From: Takakia lepidozioides
Lineage: Eukaryota; Plantae; Bryophyta
DNA: 64,000 bases
Reading direction: 5' to 3'
NCBI GenBank assembly: GCA_030704615.1
Contig: CM060731.1
Span: forward strand, 92,690,001-92,754,000
Made by a program: the position numbers and the translations under genes. A model generated the notes under the pieces. It was not told the origin of the DNA, did not search any database, and saw only the letters and a program-made list of their open reading frames with translations. Within the stretch, counting starts at the first letter, position 1; each line of letters begins with the position of its first letter. This document shows, one piece after another, positions 11,288 to 23,685 of this stretch.

Positions 11288-14200
11288 TCAAAGAGAATTT
11301 GGCGGAGCCCTACGTGAGGTGTCCCGCTGCAGAAGGGTGATGACTTCTCCGTAGCCTAGTGTGGCTTGGTGAATGAATTGGTCTCTCTTACCGTTGCAAC
11401 ACATAATTACAAGGTATATGTAATATTGATGCTTGCAGGGGACCCACTTCCCTCTCATGCTGAGAGCGCCCTCACGCATCGTTACAAAATCCGGACAAGT
11501 GCAAGTAGGGAAATTCCCCACGGTAACCTGATATTCTTTGCCATGAAGAACTGAGCCAATAGACAGCACTGTGTAAATCCGTCCATACCCCGGGGCAGGG
11601 ACTTCGGTGATACGAGCCACCCGAGCCTGCAAAATTCTAGCCGATTCCATCTTGCATTCGTGTTCTGCACCCGAAGCGACACGGCGCACTGTTTTTCCAT
11701 CTCTTTTTGTTGGGTGGTAGTCGGCACCGGGTGGAGGCATTGCCGGAGCTTGTGGCACATCTGTGCCGACAGTGCACAAGGGCACCACTCGAGATCGTGC
11801 AAGACAAAACCCTCCCTCCTCCAGCATGCTTATCTCGGTTGTTGACAGCGACGTCCCGAGTTTCACAGGCCAAATTGCGGGGGGGGGGTTTCATTATCAC
11901 TGAAGGACGAACTGTTCCCTTGACGCATCGTGCCATATCGTCTGGGCAGAACCAGAACTTGTGGTCCTTTGACTCCCCACTATGATAAGGTCGGAACAAC
12001 CTTATGAATGTTGGAGCTGGAGTCCCCCTGGAGCCTTTGCATATTTTTGATTTGCATTTCTTGAAAGAGGGGGTCCGAATTGCCATGCAAGCAACTCTAG
12101 ATCCTGGTGGGCGTGCGTTCTATATGCCACTCACTATCAATGCAATCAGATTCCTGCACCATGGCCACCACCTCCTCCAATGGGATTCCTGCTGCTGTGC
12201 TTGCATGTTCTGCACCTGCTCCACAGGAAGAGGACCCACCTGGGAAGGGGCCGGCACACGACTTAGTCTGCACTGGAGACACCTTTGGCACGAGAAATTG
12301 ACCCTGTCTGGGCGATGGGATCTCCATCTGACCCTGGAAGAGTGTTCAATTTCCTTTTGCATGATCCAATCTTTCCTCACCTTCCAAATGAGGGAGCCTG
12401 GATTGCAAAGGGGAGCCTTCAGTGCACCTGTTCAGAGCTCTGGCCATCTTGGATGGGTCTCCGGACCTACTCGCAGCCCTTAGCATCAACAAAGTCGTAC
12501 CGGGGCCCTTGCCTCCACCCCGTCCCATCAGAAAATTGCGGTACCCTGGTTGGTTTGTTGTGTAAGTGCCCGCACCATGTCATCAGCAGTGGCCACATAC
12601 AAGTCACGACCTGCTTTGGTAGATTGCTGCATCCAGGCGTTATGAACAGTCTCCGCCAAATTACAGGATGGCATGTCGGCCAAGTCCTCCAAGGACATGT
12701 CCTGCATGAGGCATTGCATGGAAATGTGAGGAAGGAAAGGAAATGGAAGAGGTTCTGCAAGCGACAATCCAAGAATCCCAAATGAAGAGGCACGATGCAA
12801 AATTTCTGATTTTGGGATTCAAGAGGCTTACCGTCATCATGAAAGCTCCCCACTGTCTGTATCTGAAGTGCTAGAAAACCAACCAGTCTTCCAACTCCTT
12901 CAGGTGGATACCAGTAGCAGCACCAGAGGAGAACCACCAAGCCCAGATTGCTTGGTAAGTGCTCTCAGCTTCTCCCATTGAGTTGGCATTTTTGAGGATC
13001 CCCCGAACCAAACACGCGCCGCACTGCATTGAAATTTGCCTGTGCACTATCAGCCATGAAGCCCGCAAAATTTGTGTTCTGTATTCCATTACGCTGCATG
13101 ACGGCCAGGAGCGAATTCCACATGAGCATCTGGGATTCAGTGTCCTCCGACTGCATATCACAAATTGCTATTGAAAGCACACGTTGGTACGCTGGATCAT
13201 ACACATGGCACGCCATGGTTGTCCAACCCTTCACCCGTTTGCATCTGAAAGTACAAAGTGGAATCCCGCAAACTAGCTGAAGAATACTTTCTCACCAGCC
13301 CTATTTTATCACGTAACAGTCTCCAGCAACTTTAACTGATTTCGATACCCTCAACACCATCACGGCTATTCACTATCCCTTCAATCACAGCCCACCTTGT
13401 ACATTCAAACTGAAGGCACAATTTGGTTGCCTTCTCCAGTCCTTCCTACACAATCTCTCATCAGTCGTCATCTCTCCACTCCATCAGCTTCCTCCTCCCT
13501 CGCTACCCTGTACCAAACCCTCGAGTAGCAAAGATCTACACTTTACCCTCAACAACAACCTAAAGCACAGCACGAGCTCCCACAGAAATCTCTGTTAAGC
13601 CAAACAAACGCACCAATCTCTGAACAATAGACACACAGAAAGCACAAGAGCAGGCCTTGCAAGGCAGAGCCGGGCATGGTGGGTGGCACCACCAGCCCGC
13701 GATCTCATCTCTGACCGGCCCGTCATCGGTCTGCTTGCAACCCTTAGGTCAAGGACAACGAAAGGATGACAGGGATGGATGAATGGGTCGGTTTCATCCT
13801 TCCAATGTCACCAAAAAGGAAAAAGACAAGGAAAAACTGGAAGAATCAATTTAAATTTTTTGACACAGGGGACAAACAAATAATGCTCAAAGCTTTGGGA
13901 TTGTGTAGCAGTGTTTTATTTCTGGCGAATTTTCGAAATATTTCGACCTCAAAAAATAAATGGAATATTTTGTCGTAATTCCCTATTTTCTCATGGATGA
14001 AATCGCCAAAATAAAATATAAATTATGGATGAATTTGCCAAATATGGAGAATATACATGGCTGAAAGTACAGATGAGGCTGATTCTATCCAATTTTCAGT
14101 GGATGGACAGAAAATATGGCTATTTCTGGCGAAAACTCAGTAGCCACTCCTGATATTTTCCAATTTCAAAAAACAAACGTTGTTTGTGTAGCTGGTTAGC

Positions 14201-16182
14201 AATGTGCTTGGTTATCTTCCATTTGGCTTGACTAATATTTTTAGGGAAGATGAGCTTCTTGCCAAATATCTAATCATTTTTTTTCCACAGAGCCTACGAC
14301 CAGATTCGAACCGGAAACCTTTCCTGTTATCTCTCCTGTGGAAGCTCCAATCCTTGTCCAGCGACCCAAAGTACTTGAAATTTGTTTTAGCCATATCTCA
14401 TCATTTTTTCCTCACAGAGTCTACCACCAAGTGCAATTCCCTATGTATCCCGATGCGTCTCCTATGTCAAGGCCCATCCAAGCCCAAGTGCAATCGTCTA
14501 TGTATCCAAGTGCATCTCCCGTTGTAGAGCCCAAATGTCCATTGTCATCTAAGCCCAAGTGTAGACCTTCTATGTATTCCATCTATGTATCCCAGTGCCT
14601 CTCCTATGTCCAGGCCCAAGTGTGACCTCTAGGGTAGCATGTCCCTTTGGCCCATGTCTGAAGAATTAAAATCTAAGACCAAGTGCCATTTCATATGTAT
14701 CCAGTGTGTCTCCTATGTTGATTTAGCCAAATCTCCTCCAGGTTGCATTCAGCGGACAATGCTCACACCACTGCCTTCGCCCACTGCGGACATCTTGAAC
14801 AAATACACCTTGGATGAGCCCTGGCCAAGGAAGATACTGTTTTGAATGAATTCATAGTGACTTCTCCGTTTGAGGTCCATAATGTTGTCCATGAATCCAG
14901 CAGTGCCTGTGCCGACTCTGAGTGCATTCACCTGGTTTCAAATATTGGGAGAGCTCAACACGGAGAAATGGTCCATCACTGCATCAAGCGAATCTGCATC
15001 CAGCATTGGTTGTGTCGAATCCCCTTCACCCAATATGTGTTTTTCCAGGAAAGCCTTGCTAGCTGCAAGCGCTATAGCAGAAGGTGTTGCACAAGGGGCA
15101 TTGTGGAACTCCTACTTCAGCAGATTTCTAGCGATGTCCACGCTATCCCTGCAACTTCCTTTGGACACAGGATGCTCGTGTGCACCCATATGAATGCAGG
15201 CACGAGTCATTGTCTTGCATTAGTGTGCCACCTGGTACATACGAGCGTGGCACACAGAAACACAAGACAGGGAACGTTTGCAGAACCTGCACACAAAAGT
15301 ATTGGTCTTGGGAGGGGCAAGTCCTGGGGTGAAAGGATTCAAGGGCACACCTTCCCACTCACTTTCGTTTGGTCGAGCGCTGTTTCTCAGGCGAGGGCAA
15401 GATATATTCAGGCACTTGCAATGCCCAACGCAAACCGACCTTCGAAATTTCAATCCAATGTCGTTGTGGATGTTTGACATTTTTGTCCTGCACCAAGGGT
15501 GTCCGTCATGTTTCTTGTCCATGCCCTGAAAAAGCCCAGCCAGTCCATTGGAAGACGTGGGAGGATTGAGCTCAAACAAGATGTCCCCATCAAACTCTGC
15601 TGGCACGTATTGAACCCGCTGCACACGAAGGGACTCCCAATCAACAAAACGCAGCTCGCTCTTGCACCCAGGCACCCCTGCGAGGGCTTTCAATTTTGGA
15701 ATGACACTCGTTATCTCTTGCAATTCGGATTCATCCAAGAATGGAGTCTGCACTGGCGGAGGAATCTCAGAAACATCCTCCGAGGACGAGTCTGAAAGAG
15801 TCACGAATGTAGTCGATGTGCTACCTCTTGTTTCACATGAACTGTGCCCTTTTGCTGCACACCGATGCTGCAGTTCCAGGGTAATGACTGATCCTGCTGA
15901 TTGTCTTCTCTCTTTTCCAAGGACACGGTATGTGCCTGGAAGGACTCTCCACTTCCTTCCACACTCGCCAACCAATGAGTTCTCCAAATGTCCAGAATCT
16001 AAATTCCCATCCTTGTCATACACCTCTTTTTGAACAAGCAGAGAACCCAATTCCAGTGGGAACACTGTAACCAGCTCATCCTCATGAACAACTGCAAACC
16101 CATCGTCGTCTGCAGTGGCAGTCAGTGGAAGACTACCTGCATTGGAATGAAATCGGGCTAGTCTATCTCTCTCCCTGGACAT
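11288..16182 (-). pseudogene. MULE-type transposase: GCM/WRKY-like Zn domain + DDE domain + C-terminal SWIM finger; disrupted
   Basis: HDGHPWCRTKMSN...CVGHCKCLNISC...CRFC...C...CIHMGAHEHP (WRKY/GCM-like). KRVKGWTTMACHVYDP...FMADSAQANFNAVR (DDE). CNLAETVHNAW (third acidic residue). CTCPDF...CKH (SWIM). Contains CGA>TGA, CAG>TAG and TGG>TAG-type stops, frameshifts and a 1.5-kb insertion. Confidence 0.85.
13243..14720. mobile_element. Composite ~1.5-kb insertion in the transposase (hAT-like CAGTGTT end at ~13909; degenerate CCAAGTG...CTATGTATCC repeats at 14420-14720)
   Basis: The transposase frame stops at MQPGGDLAKS (14720) and resumes at KRVKGW (13241). The intervening DNA is unrelated, partly AT-rich with TGGCGAA motifs. 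Confidence 0.6.
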
Positions 16183-17146
16183 GTTTTCCTACGCTGACCG
16201 AAACTTTCGATTCACAACGGAATCCCCGAACTGATAGCCCGCAATTCTCGAAAGGGGATCCACCACAAAAAAATTGAGGTCAACAAGGGTAGCACTAACC
16301 CAAAGGCTGTGGGCGATGCATCAAAAGGATGCAGGAATGACATGCACTGAACTTCGCAGACAACCACGCTGAGAGACACCAACTATAAAAACTGTTTTCA
16401 AATACAGGAAGCCACAAGAAGTCGTGCTGTTTTTGGATGAAAAACAAACCCTGAACATGACATGAAACCATCCTTTATGGAAAGACGGCAACAACCCTGG
16501 AGAGCAGTAAACATGAAGACCCCAAATGTAATGAGGTTGTGCCGTGCCAGAAGAGCACAACACAAACACTGACACTCCAAGAGTCACCTCGCACGGATGT
16601 GTGCAACACAAGATCATTTCCGACACAACCCTTTATACCGAATGACCCCATGGCGACGATGACGGCAAAATGCAAAGCACAGGGAAGGCAGTACGACACA
16701 CGTGGATGCATATGTGAAGCACAACATTTATGGCGAATCTGCAAGAACTGCTCCAAATTGAACTAGCATTAGATTTCTACGGCACTTCCGAACTTGAAAC
16801 CATGCAAGAAGGCCGCCATATATTGGCAGGCGGCGAAGTACATCTGACATATATCACAAGTACATGCAACGGATGTACATATTTTCTAGCACTTTATTTC
16901 TTGAATAATACAAAGACGCCAAAATGGATGAATTCCGTTCACACACAATAACAACACCCGCATCCAATTACGGTTGACAATGTCCAATTTTGATTTTGGT
17001 TACATGCAATAGCAACCCTTGTTGCAAACGTCAAACTGGAGAGCTCTAGAGGCATCGTGGGGAGCCCTTGTTTCCAGCGGAGGAGGAAGTGAAGGAAGTC
17101 ATTATACTTCACGAGCTCTAGAAACAAGAATAGAGCCAGATATAGA

Positions 17147-20100
17147 ATGAGGATGGAAAGAGTGGCCGAAGAGGAAAAGGCGGAAGAAGAGGGAAAAGAG
17201 CAAAGTTCGGCGATGGAAGAGCAGGAATCCGGAGAAGAACAGCAGTCTGCCATAGTTCCAAGAACAGATGAGGAGGACACTGCATCCGAGGGAGAGGCAG
17301 ACGACGAAGATGATGTTTACGCTGGCCTCACGAAGAACCTAATAGTGGAAGAGAGGATGGGGGAGATGCTCCAGAACATGCGAGGCGTGGAGAGCAGTCC
17401 GAAGCGCAAGGGTCCCCGGCGATTGGGGAGTCTTCTGGAGCAGCCAAAAAAAAGGTTCAATCTTTTAAACCCACCTTTGTGCTTCATTGCTGATGTGAAC
17501 CCAAGTTGAGATTCTATCTCGATATGAACATAGTCTACACACGGCATCTCTGGCAGGTTGCATCCACCGCGAACAAGAAGCTCAAACAGTGTGCGTTGAC
17601 CAAATTGGGGAACTACGGCAGGTTAAATCCACCACGAATTGGATGTTGAAATAGTGTGCGTTGACGCACACTGTTTGAGCCCCACATTTTACTTGGTTGA
17701 TGGTGTGAAAAATGGCCAGATAGGGCCACTATGCCTGGTTCAATTCTCCACTATTTGGCAGCTCAAACAGTGTGCGTTGGCGCACACTGTTTGAGCCCAC
17801 CTTGTCATTGTTTTTTCATCTGAAAAACGGCCACAAACGGCATGTATTTGAGGATCAATCATCACTTACATGGCAGCTCAAACAGTTTGCGTCAACGCAC
17901 ACTATTTGAGCTCACCTTGTCATTGCCTTTGTCATCTGAAAATCGGCCACATAGGGTATGAATTTGAGGATCAATCATCACTTACCTGGCAGCTCAAACA
18001 GTGTGCGTTGGCGCACACTGTTTGAGCTACCCTTATCATTGCCTTTTTCATTTGAAAATCGGCCACATAGGGCATGTCTCTGAGGATCGATGAACACTAA
18101 TCTAGCAGCTCAAACAGTGTGCGTTGCCACACACTGTTTGAGCATACCTTGTCACTGTTTTTTCCCTGTGAAATTCGGCAATACAGGGCATGTCTCAGAG
18201 GTTCAATGAACACTTACCTGGCAGCTCAAACAGTGTGCGTCACCGCACACTGTTTGAGCTTACCTTGTCATTGCCTTTGTCATCTGAAAATCGGCCACAT
18301 AGGGTTTGTATTTGAGGATTAATCATCACTTATATGGCAGCTCAAACAGTGTGCGTTGCCGCACATTGTTTGAGCACACCTTGTCACTGTTTTTCCCCTG
18401 TGAAATTCGGCAATACAGGGCATGTCTCTGAGGTTCAATGAACACTTACCTGGCAGCTCAAACAGTGTGCATCAACGCACACTGTTTGAGCTCACCATGC
18501 CATTGCCTTTGTCATCTGAAATTGGCCACATAGGGTTTGTATTTGAGGATCAATCATGACTTACCTGGCAGCACAAATAGTGTGCGTTGCCGCACACTGT
18601 TTGAGCACACCTTGTCAGTGTTTTTCCTCTGTGAAATTCGGCAATACAGGGGCATGTCTCTAAGGTTCAATGAACACTTACCTGGCAGCTCAAACAGTGT
18701 GCGTCAACGCACACTGTTTGAGCACACCTTGTCACTATTTTTTCCCTGTGAAATTCGGCAATACAGGGCATGTCTCTGAGGTTCAATGAACACTTACCTG
18801 GCAGCTCAAACAGTGTGCGTCAACGCACACTGTTTGAGCTCACCATGTCATTGTCTTTGTCATCTGAAAATTGGCAACATAGGGTTTGTATTTGAGGATC
18901 AATCATCACTTACCTGGCAGCTCAAACAGTGTGCGTTGCCGCACACTGTTTGAGCACACCTTGTCACTGTTTTTTCCCTGTGACATTCGGCAATACAGGG
19001 AATGTCTCTGAGGTTCAATGAACACTTACCTGGCAGCTGAAACAGTGTGCATCACCGCACACTGTTTGAGCTCACCTTGTCATTGCCTTTGTTATCTGAA
19101 AATCGGCCACATAGGGTTTGTATTTGAGGATTAATCATCACTTATATGGCAGCTCAAACAGTGTGCGTTGCCACACACTGTTTGAGCACACATTGTCACT
19201 GTTTTTTCCCTGTGAAATTCGGCAATACAGGGCATGTCTCGGAGGTTCAATGAACACTTACCTGGCAGCTCAAACAGTGTGCGTCAACGCACACTGTTTG
19301 AGCTCACCTTGTCATTGCCTTTGTCATCTGAAAATCGGCCACATAGGGTTTGTATTTGAGGATCAATCATCACTTACCTGGCAGCTCAAACAGTGTGCGT
19401 TGTCGCACACTGTTTGAGCACACCTTGTCACTGTTTTTTCCCTGTGAAATTTGGCAATACAGGGCATGTCTCTGAGGTTCAATGAACACTTACCTGGCAG
19501 CTCAGACAGTGTGCGTGAACGCACACTGTTTGAGCTCACCTTGTCATTGCCTTTGTCATCTGAAAATCGGCCACTAAGGGCTTCTCTTTGAGGTTCAATG
19601 AACACTTACCTGGCATGTCTCTGAGGTTCAATGAACACTTACGTGGCATGTCTCTGAGGTTCACTGAACACTTACCTTGCAGCCCAAACAGTGTGCGTCA
19701 ACGCACACTGTTTGAGCACATCTTTTCTTTTTTTTTCATCTGAAAATCGGCCACTAAGGGCTTCTCATTGAGGTTCAATGAACACTTACGTGGCATGTCT
19801 TTGAGGTTCAATGAACACTTACCTTGCAGCTCAAACAGTGTGCGTCAACGCACACTGTTTGAGCTCACATTTTCTTCCACACATGGCCTGTCTGCCATGC
19901 TCAAACACCATCGTCTCATGCCTCACTCTTATATCAATTTGAATGGACAACCCTGCAGGAGAAGATGCAAAGTGTGGCGGAGGAGATCCCTTCGGGGCTG
20001 GGGAAGGAGATCATTGTTGATGTTGATGATGAGTTCTATGAAAGCAAAGACGCTGAGATGCTGGGGGGTCAGAAGGTAAACTCTCAGCTTGTGGTGCAAA

Positions 20101-23100
20101 GTATGCTTGCCCCGGGTGGGAGGTTGAAGATTCCCCTGTATAGGATGGTTTCCATGCCCGTCGTTCGACCACCCCTCATCAAGGACATTCTCAAGCTAGA
20201 GGCCGAGTTTGTTCATGGGTATTTGGATGGATCCGCAGTGTTTTACGTTTGTACAAAGGATTCCACAGGCAATGAGCTCATTGTGGATAAGTCAATCGTG
20301 GACTCCTGGGATCCTATTTGGAGACAGGTGAACGAATCCTTCGAACTTCTTCTCTCCAGGAAACCTTCCACCCAGGCATTCTCGGGGAAGATGTTTCATG
20401 TTTGGGATGGGAACCACCGGTTGCTTGCATGGATGGCTGTTATTGGGAGGCTGCACTCACATGAGGAAGAGTGGCATTACTATGTTCGATCGATGGTGCT
20501 GGATTGTGAGGGGAACATGATGGGTCTTCTGACGGCAATGAATGATGTGAACAGGTTGGTTTCTCATTCTACATGTTCCACTTGTAGTTCCGTGGTTCTT
20601 TGATTAAAGTCCTTGAATTTCATTCTGACTTTCAGATATCATTCTGCAGAGGAACGGAGACATCGCATGTCAAAACGAGTCTGGTTCACACACTGTATAG
20701 GATACAAAGGATCGGGCACATGCCCTTGACCAACTTCAAGACCATCCTTTCAGCAGAGACGTACAAGAAGTGCGAAAGCTCCAAGACATCGGAAACGTGG
20801 TACTTGTTGAACCGTGAGGCTTTCATGGAGTACATGTACACGATGAGATACATCTTCCTTCATCTGCCCTTTCCATATTTCTGCTTCCACATGTTTGTTT
20901 CTGTTTGTTTCCCTTGCCCTTGGGTTGATACAACTCTCGTGCATTCCCTTGCAGCAAGACATTGCAGATGCAGGGGAGCGTGACAAACTGGAATACTACA
21001 GGTCATCCCCTGAGGAGAGAAGGACAACAAAGGGGGTTGAGAGTCACATCCAAAAAGAGATGACCGCTACAAGAAGGACTATAATGAGTGCTTTTGTGAA
21101 GCAGTTAAGAATTGCCGACCCATCATTCGGATCGCAGTTTCTCCTGGAGATAAAAAAAAACCATTATAACAAGCCAGGCAAGCCAAAGATGGCCCAGGAG
21201 AAGTTACACAGGTTGTCTACCGCCGTTGTGTCTTCAGAACAGAAGGTGAAGTGGCTACAGATATGGAACTCCGATCCCACAGTTAGGGATACCCACATGT
21301 TCCCCAGGCCGGAGAAAGAGAAGAAGACCCAACGTGTCATTCATGTCAGTGACAATGTGCTGGACACATGGCTTCACAAGGCCACTTACTGGAGCCAGGT
21401 GTGACGTCCTTTCCTGTGTCACTTTCTTTTCTCTTTTCCTGTCCTTCTCTTTCCATTGCCTCTCACATTCGCTGTGATTTTTTTTGGGTTCATTCTTGCA
21501 TTTGAATTGTTTTGCAGTTGGAAGAAAAGGCACGGTTGGTTCTGCATACTCAGCTGGCTGACTATGGCATCACTATGACAGCACCGAAGGTCTCCTTCGA
21601 AGCATACATGAGGAAATGGAGAGCCACAGTGTGGCACTCTTGTTTCTTTAGAGAGTTCAACAAGGAGGGTGGCATCAGTCGAACACATGACCTTGACCAG
21701 CAAGAAAAATGAGAGGAAGCCTGGAAACGATGCCTTTACAGGTGCACACCCTTGGCCGTTCAGGCTACTTAGTGTGCTGTGGTTGCAATGTACTGTGACG
21801 CATACAGTTTAAGGGGGTCTTCCTGGTGTGATGGAAAAGCTGAGAGACAATAATTGCATTGCATAATGAGGCTGTTTCTGTTCCTGCAGGTACATAAAGT
21901 TTGTTTTCATGGAAGAGAATTGCTTGGACAAACATCCAGATTTCGTGGACCTCTGGCTTGTCCCTGCTGGCAATCAGACCATGTTTACTACTGGGATCTT
22001 GCATGACTGGGGCCCATACCATCTTTCTTCTTGTGGTTGGTATTTGGATTGCCCTCTTTCTGAGACCCCAGCTCCGGAGGTGTCTTTGAGGAGAGAGAAT
22101 GAGCGAATTGCAGCCACTACCGCAGTAGCCGACCTCGACATTCATGAACGAAATTCGAGGACTCTTGCAGAGAAGGAGCCTCACGCTCAGGATACCCCGG
22201 GTAGAGGTAGAAAGGCAAAGGGAAAAGATGTTGCTGGTGTTGTGGGGAAAGGAAGGGGTAGAGGGAAGGTGGTACAAGGGCAGGGAAGTGTTGCAGATAT
22301 TGGCCCAATGGTGCATGTCCAGCAGACTCCACCGCATGGTAGGGGATCCGTGAAAAAGAACAAGGGGGTGGTTGATCCCAAGGACCCGTACCATGCAGTG
22401 GAACATCCGACGAGGGTCATTCGCCCTACCAGGTTGGAGATGGCCAACGTCGGATTCCTTGCCATGATGGAGTCCAAGAAATCTGATTACAAGGGCGAGC
22501 CATCACCAGTGTGGGAGAGGATTGTAGAGTTCCTCGGCACGGTGCGTGTTCTCTTTTGCTTCTTCTCTGCAGTGGGCATGGATCGTTTCAATCATCTTAA
22601 GTATTCCATTGTAATTTTGTTTGCAGGCTAAAATGACCAAATCATGGGTGAACGGGAAGGAGAAGCAATATGCAGCCGAACTCATAATCTTGGACATCCC
22701 TGATGGGTTGGCAGTCCCGGATGTCCCTCCATCGGGTGCTTGTCCGGGTTGGAATGCTTTTGATGAGCGCTACTGGCGGTGGGTTTTCTTCTTTTGCAAT
22801 TTTTTCCTGTCCGATGCAGGTGTTTTGGTGCTCATACAGTCCGCCGACGTTCGCTGTCGCCGTGCACTTGCCAGCTATTTGAAAGCCTCGGGCATGAGAG
22901 TCCTGAAGACATGGAATTGTGTGAACAGCATGTACCTTACGAAGGGGGATCGTCCGGGAGAGATGGTAAATTTGTCTTCTTCTTCCTCTTCTTGGTGGTT
23001 CTCGGATGGAGTTGTGTAGGTCGCTCGAACTCATATGTAGGGGCCTGATTTTTGAAGCTTCTTAGTTCCTTCTGGATGTGTTGTTCGCAGACTCGTTTGT

Positions 23101-23685
23101 TTGAAGCTTTTTGTCTCGTCCGAGTGCATCCACCAACGACTCCGGCCGGCATTTCGGAGTTTGTCATCACTCATGGGGGCAAGTTCATAGACGACAGGAC
23201 AGATCCTCCCACGGATGACATGCACCACAACTACGTCGACAGCAATGTCTGCTTGCGAAGGGGAATGGGGTTCCTTGGAGAGGGGCGAGGGAGAGGAGCC
23301 CGGCTTTCATTCGAACGATTATGGAGTGCTGCACCTACACAGACGCCAGAGTTCTGGATTTGTCAATGGGCACAGGTTCGTCTCTTCAACATTCGGATTT
23401 CATGAGGTTTGATTGAACTTGCATTTTCAGTACTTCCCACCGTTCCATATGTGTCTTCAATGTCTGCTTCCTTCATTCTATTCCACTGCAGGTGCTTCGT
23501 ACCACGCTTGCAAGGCCAGTGCCCGACATCTCTTTGGGATTGAAGGGGATGCTGAGATTTACAAGAACCTCCTGATGGGTTTGGGTGGACACACTTCTCA
23601 AGTCCTTCCGAAGCCCCGTCCCGCTGATATTGATACAGAAGAGACTTCCGACAAGGAGCTGGACTCCGACTTTGCCTGTGAGTAA
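17147..23685 (+). pseudogene. Spliced gene: acidic N-terminus + ParB/Srx-like domain + helical region + basic linker + beta-class (N6A/N4C-type) DNA methyltransferase fold; lightly decayed
   Basis: Approximate exons: 17147-17454, (17557-17621?), 19959-20553, 20650-20842, 20955-21398, 21518-21741, 21890-22541, 22627-22965, 23091-23374, 23492-23685. ParB motif FHVWDGNHRLLAW. MTase motif IV-like ELIILDIPDG, then FLSDAGVLVL, WRGARERSPAFIRTIMECCT, motif I VLDLSMGT|GASYHACKASARHLFGIEGD. One TGA at 21710, a frameshift at ~23262 and a probable mutated donor at ~20843. Confidence 0.8.
17580..19864. repeat. Tandem array: 36-bp palindrome GCTCAAACAGTGTGCGT-NN-ACGCACACTGTTTGAGC + 80-bp spacer (116-bp period), 19 full copies and one half copy, with A/B spacer alternation
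   Basis: Palindrome starts at ~17645, 17761, 17876, 17992, 18108, 18224, 18340, 18456, 18571, 18688, 18804, 18920, 19036, 19152, 19268, 19384, 19500, 19682 and 19829; half copy at 17580. Confidence 0.97.

Noticed and set aside
18119-19605. Small ORFs in the palindrome array
   Set aside because: The 116-bp period is not a multiple of three, so frames shift and stop between units.
17580-19864. CRISPR array (36-bp palindromic repeats with regular spacers)
   Set aside because: Spacers are 80 bp and fall into two near-identical types rather than being unique. No cas genes, and the context is a eukaryotic intron.
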